64,000 bases of DNA. Source: Bacteroidota bacterium. GTDB taxonomy: Bacteria > Bacteroidota > Bacteroidia > UBA7662. The DNA lies in the NCBI GenBank assembly GCA_005799065.1, contig SYHW01000060.1, positions 8,654-72,653 of the forward strand, read 5' to 3'. This document shows positions 39,832 to 50,071 of this stretch, one piece after another (the first letter of the stretch is position 1; every line of letters begins with the position of its first letter). The translations under genes and the position numbers were made by a program. The notes beneath the pieces are model-generated. The model saw only the letters and a program-made list of their open reading frames with translations, was not told where the DNA came from and ran no database searches.

Positions 39832-42800
39832 ATTATACTGCTGCTTTGTGTTCATCATTCTGCTGAACAGCTTTGCCTCGGCCCAGAATGATGAAGGGTG
39901 GATGATTCCCAACGGTGGACAATGGCCAGCCCAAGTATTGGCCCATACCGACTTGCCCGGGATGCGCATTTTTGTAGAACGCGACCGCCTCACTTGGGTG
40001 CATACAGACCGAAATGCTCTGGCTGAAGCCCATGCCCATCCAGGAGCAGGGGTTAGCCTGAAAGCCCATGCTTGGCAGAGTATTTTTGTAGGCAGCAGCT
40101 TTAGCGGCCATCCAACCTTTACGGACCCAGGTACGCATACGGTCAGTTATTTTTTAGGGAACGATTCCAATCGGTGGGCAGGTGGACTCACTCCAGCGCG
40201 TGGAATGACCTTAACCGATTTTTATCCAGGAATCGACCTAATTATTCAGACCAAAGGCGGTTTTAAGTATGAGTTTAGACTGCGACAAGGTGCGCGCATC
40301 GATCAAATTCAATGTAGGGTGGAAGGGGTCGAATGGTCTTTGAAGGAAAGAAAAAGAATCAATTACCGATCCAAAATTCACTCCATCACCGAAGAAGCAC
40401 CAAGGGCTTGGTCCATTTCTGACACGGGCCAAGAGCAAGATGTTCCGATGACATTGAAGCGCAGGGCATCAACTTGGAGTTTTGAAGTAGGTCATTGGCC
40501 GGCGAATAGTGTTCTGGTGCTCGATCCAGTGCTGGTTGGAAGTACGTTTACGGGATCGTCGGCCGATAATTGGGGTTTTTCGGCGACATACGCCTCAGAT
40601 GGTTCAATTTTTTTAGGGGGAATCGTTTTTGATGTGGGTTACCCCACCAGTATTGGGGCCTACGACATCAGCTTCAATGGAGGTACGGATATGGTAGTCA
40701 GTAAATATGCCCCCGACGCCACTACCTTAATCTACAGCACCCACTTAGGTGGCGCATCGGGCGATACCTTGCTCAGTCTCGTTTCGGATGCCCAAAATCG
40801 TTTATATGTCTTGGGAAAAAGCCTGTCTACCAACTACCCAGCATTTGGATTTGATCCCTCGCACAACGGAGGAATGGACTATGTGGTGTCGCGCCTCAAC
40901 CCAACCGGTACACAACTGCTGTCGTCGACCTACCTAGGCGGAAATGGAATGGATGGAGAGAACTTCGGAAGTACCCAAATGCAAAACTTGAACGCGTTGT
41001 GGTTTAATTACGGCGACAACAACCGCGGCGAGATCACCCTCGACCCTGCAGGTCGGGTCTTGATTGTAGGAAATACGACCTCTACGAACTTCCCGACCAG
41101 CGGCCTTTCGGCCCACCAGCAAGCCATGGCTGGCGTGCAGGATGGGGTTTTGGTAAAATTATCTGCGAACCTAGACAGCCTCATCTACGGCACCTACTTG
41201 GGGGGCGACCAGCAGGACGCCATCTATGGCATCCGTGCTATGGGCGTGGACACAGTCTACTTAACGGGCAGCACATTCAGCAATAATTTCCCAATTTCAT
41301 TATCCATGGGCGGCTACATTCCTCAATACCAGGGTGGAGGCGACGGGTTCCTAATGGCCATACGCACCACTGGGGGCCCACCAATATTTGGAACCTTTAT
41401 AGGCAACGCAACCTACCAGCAAGCCTATTTGCTCGATCGAGATGCAGAAGGTAGGGTATACGTTACGGGGATTAGTACATCTGCACTGGCCATTACACCC
41501 AGCGCAATCTATAATAATCCGGGTGGAAAGCACTTCATTCAGGTGTTCAGCTCAGATTTGGATAGTTTGCTTCGGGGCACCATGATTGGAGCGAATTCCG
41601 CGGGCCCCAATTTTTCGCCAACAGCCTTTATGGTCGATGTATGTGGTAAGGTGTATCTGACCGGGTGGGGCGGTTCAGTGAATACGGCCAGGAACATACA
41701 TGTATCGTCTATGGTGGGCCTACCCGTCACCGCTCAGAGGCTACAGGCCAACACCGACCATCACGATATGTATGTCATGGTTCTTGAATCCAATCTCGAT
41801 TCGTTGCTGTATGGTTCATTTTTTGGGGGGGGACTTTCGCGGGAGCATGTCGATGGGGGAACCTGTCGATTTTCGCGCGATGGAGTGATTTACCACGCCG
41901 TTTGTGCTGGATGCGGGGGAGGAAACGACGATTTTCCTACCACAACGGGTGCCTGGTCAGCCACCAATAATTCGTTGAATTGCAATGCGGCTGTCTTTAA
42001 AATTGATCTTCAGTATGTTCAGCCGGTAGCGGGTTTTGCTACCCAATACCCAGACACTTTTGTCTGTATGGGCATGCCAGTCCAGTTTTTTTCAACAGGA
42101 ACATTGAGTGGTACATTCCTTTGGGACTTTGGGGTTCCGGGTGCACAATCCACACAACCCAATCCCACCTTCTCCTTTCCGGCGCCAGGCACGTATAGGG
42201 TTACCCAACGCATCAGCAGTTGTGTGGGTACAGACACCATCGGACGCAACATCATCGTGAAACCAGTTCCGACGCTACTGATGCAACAAGTTCCTGCTAT
42301 TTGTCTGGGTGATTCAGCGACCCTCACTGCCTCAGGCGCTCGGGTCTACGAATGGGATTCCCTATATTCGGGTGGTGGAAACCGGTCATCCAGCATTCGG
42401 GTTGCTCCTCCAGCCAGCCGGTGGTATCGGGTGGTGGCCTACGATTCGCTCGGATGCCCAGTGACCGACAGTGTTTGGGTACGTGTTAACATCCCCAGAA
42501 GGGTGTTTTCGGGCGCGGTATATCGCTATTGTTTAGGAGATACCGCACGAATTAGTGTGCCCGCTGCGGGCTATTCGAGCGTGCAGTGGATTTCCGATCC
42601 AGAGATAACCTCCACTACTGCTTTTAACCAGAAATTCGCCTCAATGCAAGCCCGTTGGGTATATCTGGAGCTAACCGACACAGCGGGTTGTCGGCTGCGT
42701 GATAGCCTTCGCCTAAGCCCGTTTATCTCTCTTTCGGTAGATGCCGGACCGAACCGAACCATTTGTTCGCCAACGCAACTAACATTTGTGGCACAAGCGC

Positions 42801-43465
42801 CGCCACAGGCGCGTTTTCTTTGGAGCACAGGCGATACCAGTCGACAAATTAGTTTTTTCGCCGGGCAGAGTCAGACGATTTGGGTTAGAGCCTTTGATCC
42901 ACCCTGTTCGAGTTTAACGGATACCATTCAAATTACATTCGAGCCCCTCCAGGCCGCATTTGGATTTAGACCGGATACGGGTTATGCCCCGCAGACCGTT
43001 TCTTTCACCCAACTCAGTTCGGGGGCAGCAGTGAGGCGCTATCTGTGGACATTCGGTGACGGAGGCACGAGCACCCTTCCAGCCCCCGTGTATACATACA
43101 TGCGCCCAGGGCGATATACCATTGTCTTGCGGATCGACGGCGATGACCCATCCTGTTTCGATACAGCACAATCCGATATATGGATCGATTCCGTTGGAAT
43201 ACGCCTGCCAACAGCATTCACACCCGATGGAGATGGGGTCAATGATGTGTTTACTGGTTTTAACTATGGTTTTGAAACCTTAAGCATTTCAATTTTTGAT
43301 CGTTGGGGGCGTTTGGTGCACACCGAATCCTTACCTCGAGTCTATTGGGATGGAACACAGCAGGGCGTGCCACTGCCGGCTGGTTCTTATCCCTATATCA
43401 TACGTGCTGTACAAAAAAACGGTGTTCGCAGAACGCTGAAAGGGGTAGTCGATTTGATACGATGA
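39824..43465 (+). CDS. Large T9SS-secreted surface protein: SBBP-like propeller repeats, PKD domains, type B (gliding-associated) CTD
   Basis: Signal peptide; repeated STYLGG/GTYLGG; PKD motifs WDFG...PGTY and WTFGDG...PGRY; C-terminal PTAFTPDGDGVND...IFDRWG...WDG...G.YPY...LIR. Confidence 0.88.
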   Translation: MSRLYCCFVFIILLNSFASAQNDEGWMIPNGGQWPAQVLAHTDLPGMRIFVERDRLTWVHTDRNALAEAHAHPGAGVSLKAHAWQSIFVGSSFSGHPTFTDPGTHTVSYFLGNDSNRWAGGLTPARGMTLTDFYPGIDLIIQTKGGFKYEFRLRQGARIDQIQCRVEGVEWSLKERKRINYRSKIHSITEEAPRAWSISDTGQEQDVPMTLKRRASTWSFEVGHWPANSVLVLDPVLVGSTFTGSSADNWGFSATYASDGSIFLGGIVFDVGYPTSIGAYDISFNGGTDMVVSKYAPDATTLIYSTHLGGASGDTLLSLVSDAQNRLYVLGKSLSTNYPAFGFDPSHNGGMDYVVSRLNPTGTQLLSSTYLGGNGMDGENFGSTQMQNLNALWFNYGDNNRGEITLDPAGRVLIVGNTTSTNFPTSGLSAHQQAMAGVQDGVLVKLSANLDSLIYGTYLGGDQQDAIYGIRAMGVDTVYLTGSTFSNNFPISLSMGGYIPQYQGGGDGFLMAIRTTGGPPIFGTFIGNATYQQAYLLDRDAEGRVYVTGISTSALAITPSAIYNNPGGKHFIQVFSSDLDSLLRGTMIGANSAGPNFSPTAFMVDVCGKVYLTGWGGSVNTARNIHVSSMVGLPVTAQRLQANTDHHDMYVMVLESNLDSLLYGSFFGGGLSREHVDGGTCRFSRDGVIYHAVCAGCGGGNDDFPTTTGAWSATNNSLNCNAAVFKIDLQYVQPVAGFATQYPDTFVCMGMPVQFFSTGTLSGTFLWDFGVPGAQSTQPNPTFSFPAPGTYRVTQRISSCVGTDTIGRNIIVKPVPTLLMQQVPAICLGDSATLTASGARVYEWDSLYSGGGNRSSSIRVAPPASRWYRVVAYDSLGCPVTDSVWVRVNIPRRVFSGAVYRYCLGDTARISVPAAGYSSVQWISDPEITSTTAFNQKFASMQARWVYLELTDTAGCRLRDSLRLSPFISLSVDAGPNRTICSPTQLTFVAQAPPQARFLWSTGDTSRQISFFAGQSQTIWVRAFDPPCSSLTDTIQITFEPLQAAFGFRPDTGYAPQTVSFTQLSSGAAVRRYLWTFGDGGTSTLPAPVYTYMRPGRYTIVLRIDGDDPSCFDTAQSDIWIDSVGIRLPTAFTPDGDGVNDVFTGFNYGFETLSISIFDRWGRLVHTESLPRVYWDGTQQGVPLPAGSYPYIIRAVQKNGVRRTLKGVVDLIR

Positions 43466-43502
43466 GTATTTAATCTCACCTACTAGATATCCCAAAAATC
43501 CG

Positions 43503-43510
43503 TATCTTTG
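43503..43510 (+). promoter_or_regulatory. -7 promoter element of tRNA-Lys
   Basis: TATCTTTG followed by CA. Confidence 0.7.
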
Positions 43511-43568
43511 CACCCGCGTATAAGCACCCGCGTATAAAAAAATCGGTTCTTGGAAGAATCGGTTCAAT

Positions 43569-43644
43569 GATTCCGTAGCTCAGCAGGTAGAGCAATACAC
43601 TTTTAATGTATGGGTCCTGGGTTCGAATCCCAGCGGAATCACCA
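43569..43644 (+). tRNA. tRNA-Lys (TTT)
   Basis: Acceptor stem GATTCCG/CGGAATC, anticodon stem ATACA/TGTAT with loop CTTTTAA, T-loop GTTCGAATC, encoded CCA. Confidence 0.97.
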
Positions 43645-43761
43645 GATTTCTTTCGACCAAATGGGCTCAAAGCAACCAATTAGCTCAATTTTTTCTTTTT
43701 GTGCGTTGAGTTCTCGGGCTATATTGCTGTGATCTAAGCAGCAAGAAAGCAGGTCATATGA

Positions 43762-45699
43762 TTACGAACCGGCTTCGTTTATGTTCGAATCTGTTTCGAT
43801 CATTTCATTGATAAAACTGACATAAACGCTCGTCCCCTGGCCCGGTGCGCTTTCAATGCGCACTTGATGGTTTTTCATCCTTTTCAGCCGATTTCGTACA
43901 CTTTTTAGCCCAAGACCACCCCTCGATTGAGTAACTTCGAATCCTACTCCATTGTCGGTAACACACAATTGGACGCACCCATCTGTTTCAGTCAATTCAA
44001 CGTATACAGAGGTTGCAGCCGAGTGCTTAACGATGTTGGAAAGACATTCCTGACAAATTCTGTAGAGATTCAGGGCGGTCGAAGGAAAAAGTTGTACCTT
44101 TTCAATTTCATAATCCAGATGAAAAGCACAAGTGGGGCGAGATATGTTGAAGAACCGTAACAACCGGGTAAGTTCATCTTTAAGTTTTGGGGCATCCATA
44201 GGGTGTGGATCCATTTGATAGGATAATGCACGGACTTCATTCAACCCCTGGTCAAGAGAGATTAGACCCCGTCGATAACCTTCCCAATCCTTCGGTTGCC
44301 ATTCTGATTGATCCGCTTTTTTCATCGGCATCATCATGCGGGCATTCATGAGAAGTGCTGCGAGATGATCGTGAAGCTCTTGGCCAAGCCGCCTTCGTTC
44401 TGACTCTTGTCCCATTACAAACGATCTGTCTATGTCATTTTGCTTTCGCATGAGTAAATCCGACAATTGCTCTCGACGTTTTCTTTGCAAATAGAGTTCA
44501 TAAAATGACTCCCAAGTGATGATCCCCAATGCGATGAGCGCCCCCGGGAATACTGAAAATCCGAATAGATCAAGAACACTGAGCCAAGACCGGGCCTCAA
44601 TGAACCCGCCAACAATGAAACTGAGGGTAGCCGCTAAGAGGGCTATCGATCGGTGTTTCGCCAACGGATATGCGAAAATGCAACTCCACAACATGAGAAA
44701 GAGACCCGGTAATTGCAAAATCATCATCGCTGGGATAATGCTGTGGCGCCATTCCTTTAGATATGGCCAAAAAATCGCATAGAGTGGGATACTCAGGGCC
44801 ACCCCCAAGCTAATCCCATGCAACCACCGATCCAGCAGCGGTACAGATCGCTCGGTGCGCAAAAAAGCCATACCAAAGCGAATATAAAGGGCATACAAGA
44901 TGGCTGCCAAAACCCAGGCTACATGATTGGCGGTGCCACCACGCAACAGCCAGCCAAATTCGCGCGCATGGCCAAATTTCACCAGTGCAAGCAAGCCTAA
45001 AGTAAAGGCGAGCATTGAGAGCCATAAATAGAGTGGCCGCCCTTCAGTGACTGCCAATAAAAATGCCAACAAGCTTAAACACAGGAGCACCCCCAGTTTC
45101 AAGGACCATAGTGTGCTTTCATTCAGGCGAAATTCAGCGTAGGCACTGGTTGATGCCACAAATATGGGCGAATTCATCCGCGTACTTAGGGTGTTTCTGA
45201 CCCGAATCAACAGCATGATCCGGGCTTTTGGTTTTACCAAAAGCGGTAATGACGGTAAGCGATCGGGAAAAGACCAGCGCGGAAGATCCACCATATAACC
45301 GGCAATACCTGCCTCATATATTCCCAGACCATCATCTCTGAAAAACGCCACCGAATCGAGGAAAGGATTATTCAAGAAAATCGTAATGTTATGCTGAAAA
45401 TCAGTCGGATTGTGTATATCGAACCGAGCCCAATAGGCCGATTGAGAGATGATGATCTGATCTTGTTCTACGCGCATCATCTTCTCGGCCAAGCTCGGTG
45501 CAGAGAATAACTTCGCCATCTCTTCAGGTTCCAGACTCAGCGTGGGCTCTGTATAAAAGGGGATGTGTTGTAGATGCTTTGGTTCGCCAAAATCAATCGG
45601 AAGATTTAGAATCGGGACTGCGCAAACCGGAAGAGATGTGGCCCAAATCCACAGGATCCAAAAGGAATGAAACGTGCGATGGATGCTGCTGCTGTTCAC
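43762..45699 (-). CDS. Sensor histidine kinase: periplasmic 7TM-DISM-like domain, 7 TM helices, HisKA_3 and HATPase
   Basis: ERRRLGQELHD H-box, ECLSNIVKHS N-box, DNGVGF and GLGL motifs; YWARFDI...NPFLDSVAFF sensor pattern. Confidence 0.88.
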   Translation of the reverse strand: MNSSSIHRTFHSFWILWIWATSLPVCAVPILNLPIDFGEPKHLQHIPFYTEPTLSLEPEEMAKLFSAPSLAEKMMRVEQDQIIISQSAYWARFDIHNPTDFQHNITIFLNNPFLDSVAFFRDDGLGIYEAGIAGYMVDLPRWSFPDRLPSLPLLVKPKARIMLLIRVRNTLSTRMNSPIFVASTSAYAEFRLNESTLWSLKLGVLLCLSLLAFLLAVTEGRPLYLWLSMLAFTLGLLALVKFGHAREFGWLLRGGTANHVAWVLAAILYALYIRFGMAFLRTERSVPLLDRWLHGISLGVALSIPLYAIFWPYLKEWRHSIIPAMMILQLPGLFLMLWSCIFAYPLAKHRSIALLAATLSFIVGGFIEARSWLSVLDLFGFSVFPGALIALGIITWESFYELYLQRKRREQLSDLLMRKQNDIDRSFVMGQESERRRLGQELHDHLAALLMNARMMMPMKKADQSEWQPKDWEGYRRGLISLDQGLNEVRALSYQMDPHPMDAPKLKDELTRLLRFFNISRPTCAFHLDYEIEKVQLFPSTALNLYRICQECLSNIVKHSAATSVYVELTETDGCVQLCVTDNGVGFEVTQSRGGLGLKSVRNRLKRMKNHQVRIESAPGQGTSVYVSFINEMIETDSNINEAGS

Positions 45700-45726
45700 A
45701 ATAGGGCGACTGTTGTCGTTCGGAAA

Positions 45727-46380
45727 TTAGGGCAGTAAATGGTGTTTTATAGCGTATGATACCAAAGCAGCACTACTGTGAAGGCCGGCTTTTTCCAAAA
45801 TATTTCGGCGGTGCGTCGATATCGTTTCTACACTTAATCCCAATTTGGATGCGATTTCTTTTGAGCTTAAATCTTGGGCAACCAAACCGAGCACCTCACG
45901 CTCGCGGCGGGTGAAATTGGGAAGATCTATGGTACGTTCTGCATTAGGTTCTTCCGGCCAATGCATCCCACCCCGAACGAGCCGCCAAACAACTTCTTCC
46001 AGATGCTTTTGGTCGCCTTTTTTCATAAAAAAACCGTTTGCGCCTTTCAAATAGGCATCGCGCAGCAAGTGCATGCTGTCGTACATGGTCATGATCAGTA
46101 CTTTTTGAAGCGGATTTTTTTCCTTGATCCGTTCAAGAAGTTCGAGCCCCCCCATCGGATTCATTCGAATATCGGTGATGATCAGCTCGAAATCCGATCC
46201 CGAATCCAAAGCGAAGAGCAAGTCTTCACCTGTACAAAATGAATCTACCTGTTCAACAAACGAAAACTGGCCAATGATCCACTGCAATCCATCGAGTAGG
46301 ATTTGATGATCGTCGACCAAGGCTATTTTGTATTGGGTGTCTGTTGATTGTATTTCGGGAACTTGCTTGAGGTCAACCAT
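45727..46380 (-). CDS. NarL/LuxR family response regulator
   Basis: LVDDH and ITDIRM receiver motifs; FTRREREVL...SKEIA..LGLS.ETISTHRRN HTH. Confidence 0.93.
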   Translation of the reverse strand: MVDLKQVPEIQSTDTQYKIALVDDHQILLDGLQWIIGQFSFVEQVDSFCTGEDLLFALDSGSDFELIITDIRMNPMGGLELLERIKEKNPLQKVLIMTMYDSMHLLRDAYLKGANGFFMKKGDQKHLEEVVWRLVRGGMHWPEEPNAERTIDLPNFTRREREVLGLVAQDLSSKEIASKLGLSVETISTHRRNILEKAGLHSSAALVSYAIKHHLLP

Positions 46381-46405
46381 ATTAAAAATTGGATAAGTTG
46401 TAGTA

Positions 46406-47068
46406 TTAAGGAGAAAGTCGGACGATGGTCCATGCTCCTGCTTCGTCGATGGAATATTTAAGCCGATCATGCAGGCGAGAACGGCGACCTTGCCAAAACT
46501 CGAACGCAGTGGGTTTAAGGCGATAACCTCCCCAATGGGGCGGGCGGGGTATGGGCATGGGATCGGCAAATTGAGCGCTAACGGCCTCCATAGCTTTTTC
46601 TAATGCCTCGCGATTCGTTAAGGGCTGGCTCTGCGCACTTGCCCAAGCACCCAATCGACTTCCCATAGGACGTGATTGGAAATAAGCGTCGCTTTCCGTT
46701 TCGTCTACGCGAGAAACATGTCCTGTAATCCTGATTTGCCGCTCATTTTCTGGCCAAAAAAAAGTGGCCGCTGCCCGGGGGTTTGCTTCTAAATGCCGGC
46801 CTTTGTCGCTGTTATAATTGGTGTAGAAGGTGAGGCCGCGCTCGTCGCAGCCCCTTAGCAATACGATTCTTCCCGATGGCATTCCATCCGCATCAACCGT
46901 AGAGAGATGCATAGCGTTTGGTTCAGGTTGACCGCTGTTCATGGCCTCCCCAATCCACTGTTCAAAGAGCGGGAATGGATTCTGAGGTACATTCGATTCA
47001 AGAAGAATATCGCGCTCATATTCTATCCGCAGTTGATTGAGTGGTTGCACCCCTTGGTCGTTTTTCAT
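46406..47068 (-). CDS. pdxH: Pyridoxamine 5'-phosphate oxidase
   Basis: EPNAM, FYTNYNSDKG, RQIRI, PRPPHWGGY and EFWQGRRSRLHDR motifs. Confidence 0.96.
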   Translation of the reverse strand: MKNDQGVQPLNQLRIEYERDILLESNVPQNPFPLFEQWIGEAMNSGQPEPNAMHLSTVDADGMPSGRIVLLRGCDERGLTFYTNYNSDKGRHLEANPRAAATFFWPENERQIRITGHVSRVDETESDAYFQSRPMGSRLGAWASAQSQPLTNREALEKAMEAVSAQFADPMPIPRPPHWGGYRLKPTAFEFWQGRRSRLHDRLKYSIDEAGAWTIVRLSP

Positions 47069-47120
47069 GTCGATTACAAACTATTACGCCAAATATATCG
47101 TTATTTTCGTCACTTGATTT

Positions 47121-47711
47121 ATGTCATCCCAACAAAACCCAAAACAATCCTTCGGCCTCGATCAGCCATTGGTTGCGGGTACGCTGTTCGCAGCCTGTCC
47201 CTTTCTTTCCGATGCCCCATTCTATCGGAGGTTACTCTTGTTGGCCGAGCATGGACCTTCAGGTAGCGTGGCTTTTGTTTTGAATGAGTACAGTGGATAC
47301 AGATTGGGTGCACTTTTACCTGGCTTTGCCGGGTGGGATGCGCCCGTTTGGACCGGTGGACCTGTTGAAACGGACACCCTGCACATTGTTCAGGTTCAAT
47401 CTCCGGGTTTGGCCGACAGCATTGAATTGCTGCCCGGTATTTGGTGGAACGCACATCCGGCACAAGCCATGAAATTGGCCGCTGAAGGGTTGTTAGACCA
47501 AAACAAATGGTATTTTTTTCTGGGTTATGCGGGTTGGTCGGCCCGGCAGCTTGAGCAAGAGTACGAAGATCATTACTGGATTTCCGGTCCATATCATCCT
47601 GATTTTATGCCCAGGGAGGGGTCCATTGCTCCATGGTCTCAATTTCTATATAAATTAGGCGAGCCTTACTCTTGGCTCAGCCGTGCACCTCGTCATCCCA
47701 GCCTCAACTGA
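47121..47711 (+). CDS. YqgE/AlgH family protein (DUF179)
   Basis: GGPV, FFLGYAGW...QLE.E and P..N terminal motifs. Confidence 0.88.
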   Translation: MSSQQNPKQSFGLDQPLVAGTLFAACPFLSDAPFYRRLLLLAEHGPSGSVAFVLNEYSGYRLGALLPGFAGWDAPVWTGGPVETDTLHIVQVQSPGLADSIELLPGIWWNAHPAQAMKLAAEGLLDQNKWYFFLGYAGWSARQLEQEYEDHYWISGPYHPDFMPREGSIAPWSQFLYKLGEPYSWLSRAPRHPSLN

Positions 47712-48766
47712 TGCAAACCTGCACAGCATTCAGGTGGTTTTTTTCGGTTCACCACCCGCTTCATAAGAAATCGGTATTTCATATCATCAGTGGGTTTATT
47801 TTGCTCACGGCATGTTCAACAAGTCCGGATTCTGATGACCCACTGCACGATTTTTCAGGCAAAACAATGGGCACAACATACTCAGTTCGTTATTCAGGCG
47901 ATTCGGTGGCGCTGCTTCAGGTAGGCATCGATAGCCTGCTGAGGCGGGTCAATGAATCACTTTCAACCTACATTTCCAGCTCTCGGATCTCAGTGCTTAA
48001 TCAAAGTCAGAATGGAAGTCCAATAGATGCCCATCTGCGGGTTAATTTTCTCAAATCATTAGAGATCAATGAGCAAAGTGGGGGTGCATTCGACCCTTCG
48101 GTCGGTCCTCTAACTGAGGCCTGGGGTTTTGGTTACAGCCAAAAAACAGAACTTCCCGATTCATCTACCGTCGATTCGATTCGAGCCTTCGTTGGATTAA
48201 AAAACTTCCAATTACTTGGTGATAGCCTGATAAAACTTCATCCCAAGGCACGACTCGATATGAGCGCCATTGCAAAAGGCTATGGAGTAGACCAGGTGGC
48301 CACCTATTTGTTATCGAGGCAAATTCAGAATTTTATCGTTGAAATCGGCGGTGAGGTGAGGGCGCATGGCCGAAAAAGCAAGGCCAAGTCATGGATGGTG
48401 GGTATCGAAAAGCCGCAGTCAGGTGCAGGGAGGATCGTTCAGCGCGCCCTCCCCATCAGCAACCGGAGTATGGCTACCTCAGGAAATTACCGGAATTTTA
48501 AAGAGATCGGTGGTCGAAAAATTGTACACACATTAAGCCCTCAAACGGGTTACCCCATTGAGAATGACCTGCTTAGTGCCACTGTTTTGGCCGAAGATTG
48601 CATGACCGCCGACGCTTGGGCAACCGCTTTCATGGTGATGGGTTTCGAAAGGGCCCGACAGAAATGCGGTGAACTAAAAGGCATTGATGTAGTGTTTATA
48701 TATTCCGATTCCAATAATGAGATACATGAATATTCTAGCCCTGGCATTGGCAGCGATAATCAGTGA
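47711..48766 (+). CDS. apbE: FAD:protein FMN transferase lipoprotein
   Basis: Lipobox LTAC; TMGTTY, AFDPSVGPL, IAKGYGVD, EIGGE, ATSGNY and ADAWAT motifs. Confidence 0.93.
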   Translation: MQTCTAFRWFFSVHHPLHKKSVFHIISGFILLTACSTSPDSDDPLHDFSGKTMGTTYSVRYSGDSVALLQVGIDSLLRRVNESLSTYISSSRISVLNQSQNGSPIDAHLRVNFLKSLEINEQSGGAFDPSVGPLTEAWGFGYSQKTELPDSSTVDSIRAFVGLKNFQLLGDSLIKLHPKARLDMSAIAKGYGVDQVATYLLSRQIQNFIVEIGGEVRAHGRKSKAKSWMVGIEKPQSGAGRIVQRALPISNRSMATSGNYRNFKEIGGRKIVHTLSPQTGYPIENDLLSATVLAEDCMTADAWATAFMVMGFERARQKCGELKGIDVVFIYSDSNNEIHEYSSPGIGSDNQ

Positions 48767-50045
48767 TCGGTCACGCCACCGCTTTCTGTTTCGCTTAACT
48801 GCCCTGATGATGCTTGTTTCGTTACCCAACAAGGTTTTGGCGGCACGCATACTCATCCCCATGGATGGCCAGCAACGCGATCACCTCAAGGCCTATGGCA
48901 TCGCCTTTTTATCCCTGAAGAATGGACAAGAAATCAACTGGTTACTCAACTACCGGGGTGGTAGTTTTTGCTTGCTCCAAACCCCGATGCTTGAAACCGA
49001 ATGCCGGGTTAGGGGGGTGAGCTACGAAGTAATCCCTGAGGCGACATTCGGACGGATCCTGTCTGAAATTGCAGATCCAGAAACCAATATGGAGGTGGTA
49101 AAATTAGAAGTTGCCCCCAAAATCGCGGTATACACACCGCCGAATAAATTGCCTTGGGACGATGCCGTAACGATGGCCCTCGTTTACGCCGAAATACCAT
49201 ACGAAAAGGTTTATGATGATGAAGTTTTGCAAGGAAAACTGCCGCTTTATGATTGGCTGCACCTTCACCATGAGGATTTTACAGGTCAGTATGGTCGGTT
49301 CTATGCATCTTTTCGAAATGCCGAGTGGTATCAAAACGAAGTTCGCCTGGCTGAGGCAACGGCACGCAAACACGGATTCGATAAAGTTTCACAGCTTAAA
49401 GGAGCGGTTGCGGCCCGAATTCGCGACTTCGTGACCGGGGGCGGCTTTCTCTTTGCCATGTGTTCAGCCACTGATTCGTACGACATTGCATTGGCAGCAG
49501 AGGGTGTCGATATTTGTGAGCATATGTATGATGGTGATGCCATTGACCCGTCAGCGCAACAGAAATTGGATTTTGCACGAACCTTCGCTTTCAAAGATTT
49601 TCAACTCAAGAAAAATCCACTGGAGTATGAATTTTCAGATATTGATGTGACCGGTACGCGCGGTTTTCTTCAGGAGCAAAATGATTTCTTCGCATTGTTC
49701 GAATTTTCTGCCAAATGGGATGTTATTCCCACCATGCTTACCCAAAGTCATGAACGCGTCATCAAGGGATTTATGGGACAAACCACAGCTTTTCGTAAAG
49801 AGCTCATTAAAAGCGATGTATTGGTTATGGGTGAAACAAGTAGCTTAGGCGAGGCTCGGTACATTCACGGATCGTTTGGCAAGGGTACCTGGACATTCTT
49901 TGGCGGCCACGATCCTGAAGATTATCAACACCTCGTGGGTGAACCTCCAACCGATTTGAGTCTTCATCCCAATTCAGCCGGCTATCGTTTGATTCTAAAC
50001 AACATCTTGTTTCCTGCAGCACGCAAAAAGAAACAGAAAACATAA
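48717..50045 (+). CDS. Conserved exported protein with a class I glutamine-amidotransferase-like segment
   Basis: ILIPMD..Q..HLKAYG, WLHLHHEDFTGQYG, GGFLFAMCSATD and GGHDPED motifs. True start probably downstream (about 48807). Confidence 0.75.
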   Translation: MRYMNILALALAAIISDRSRHRFLFRLTALMMLVSLPNKVLAARILIPMDGQQRDHLKAYGIAFLSLKNGQEINWLLNYRGGSFCLLQTPMLETECRVRGVSYEVIPEATFGRILSEIADPETNMEVVKLEVAPKIAVYTPPNKLPWDDAVTMALVYAEIPYEKVYDDEVLQGKLPLYDWLHLHHEDFTGQYGRFYASFRNAEWYQNEVRLAEATARKHGFDKVSQLKGAVAARIRDFVTGGGFLFAMCSATDSYDIALAAEGVDICEHMYDGDAIDPSAQQKLDFARTFAFKDFQLKKNPLEYEFSDIDVTGTRGFLQEQNDFFALFEFSAKWDVIPTMLTQSHERVIKGFMGQTTAFRKELIKSDVLVMGETSSLGEARYIHGSFGKGTWTFFGGHDPEDYQHLVGEPPTDLSLHPNSAGYRLILNNILFPAARKKKQKT

Positions 50046-50071
50046 AGAGTACCTTTCGCTGATTTCAAGAA

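Noticed and set aside
43569..46400. Genomic island integrated at tRNA-Lys
   Set aside because: No integrase, and I saw no duplicated tRNA 3' end.
48717..50045. Asparagine synthetase B (a label I recall for this family)
   Set aside because: No N-terminal Cys Ntn domain or SGGLDS motif, and it appears to be exported.
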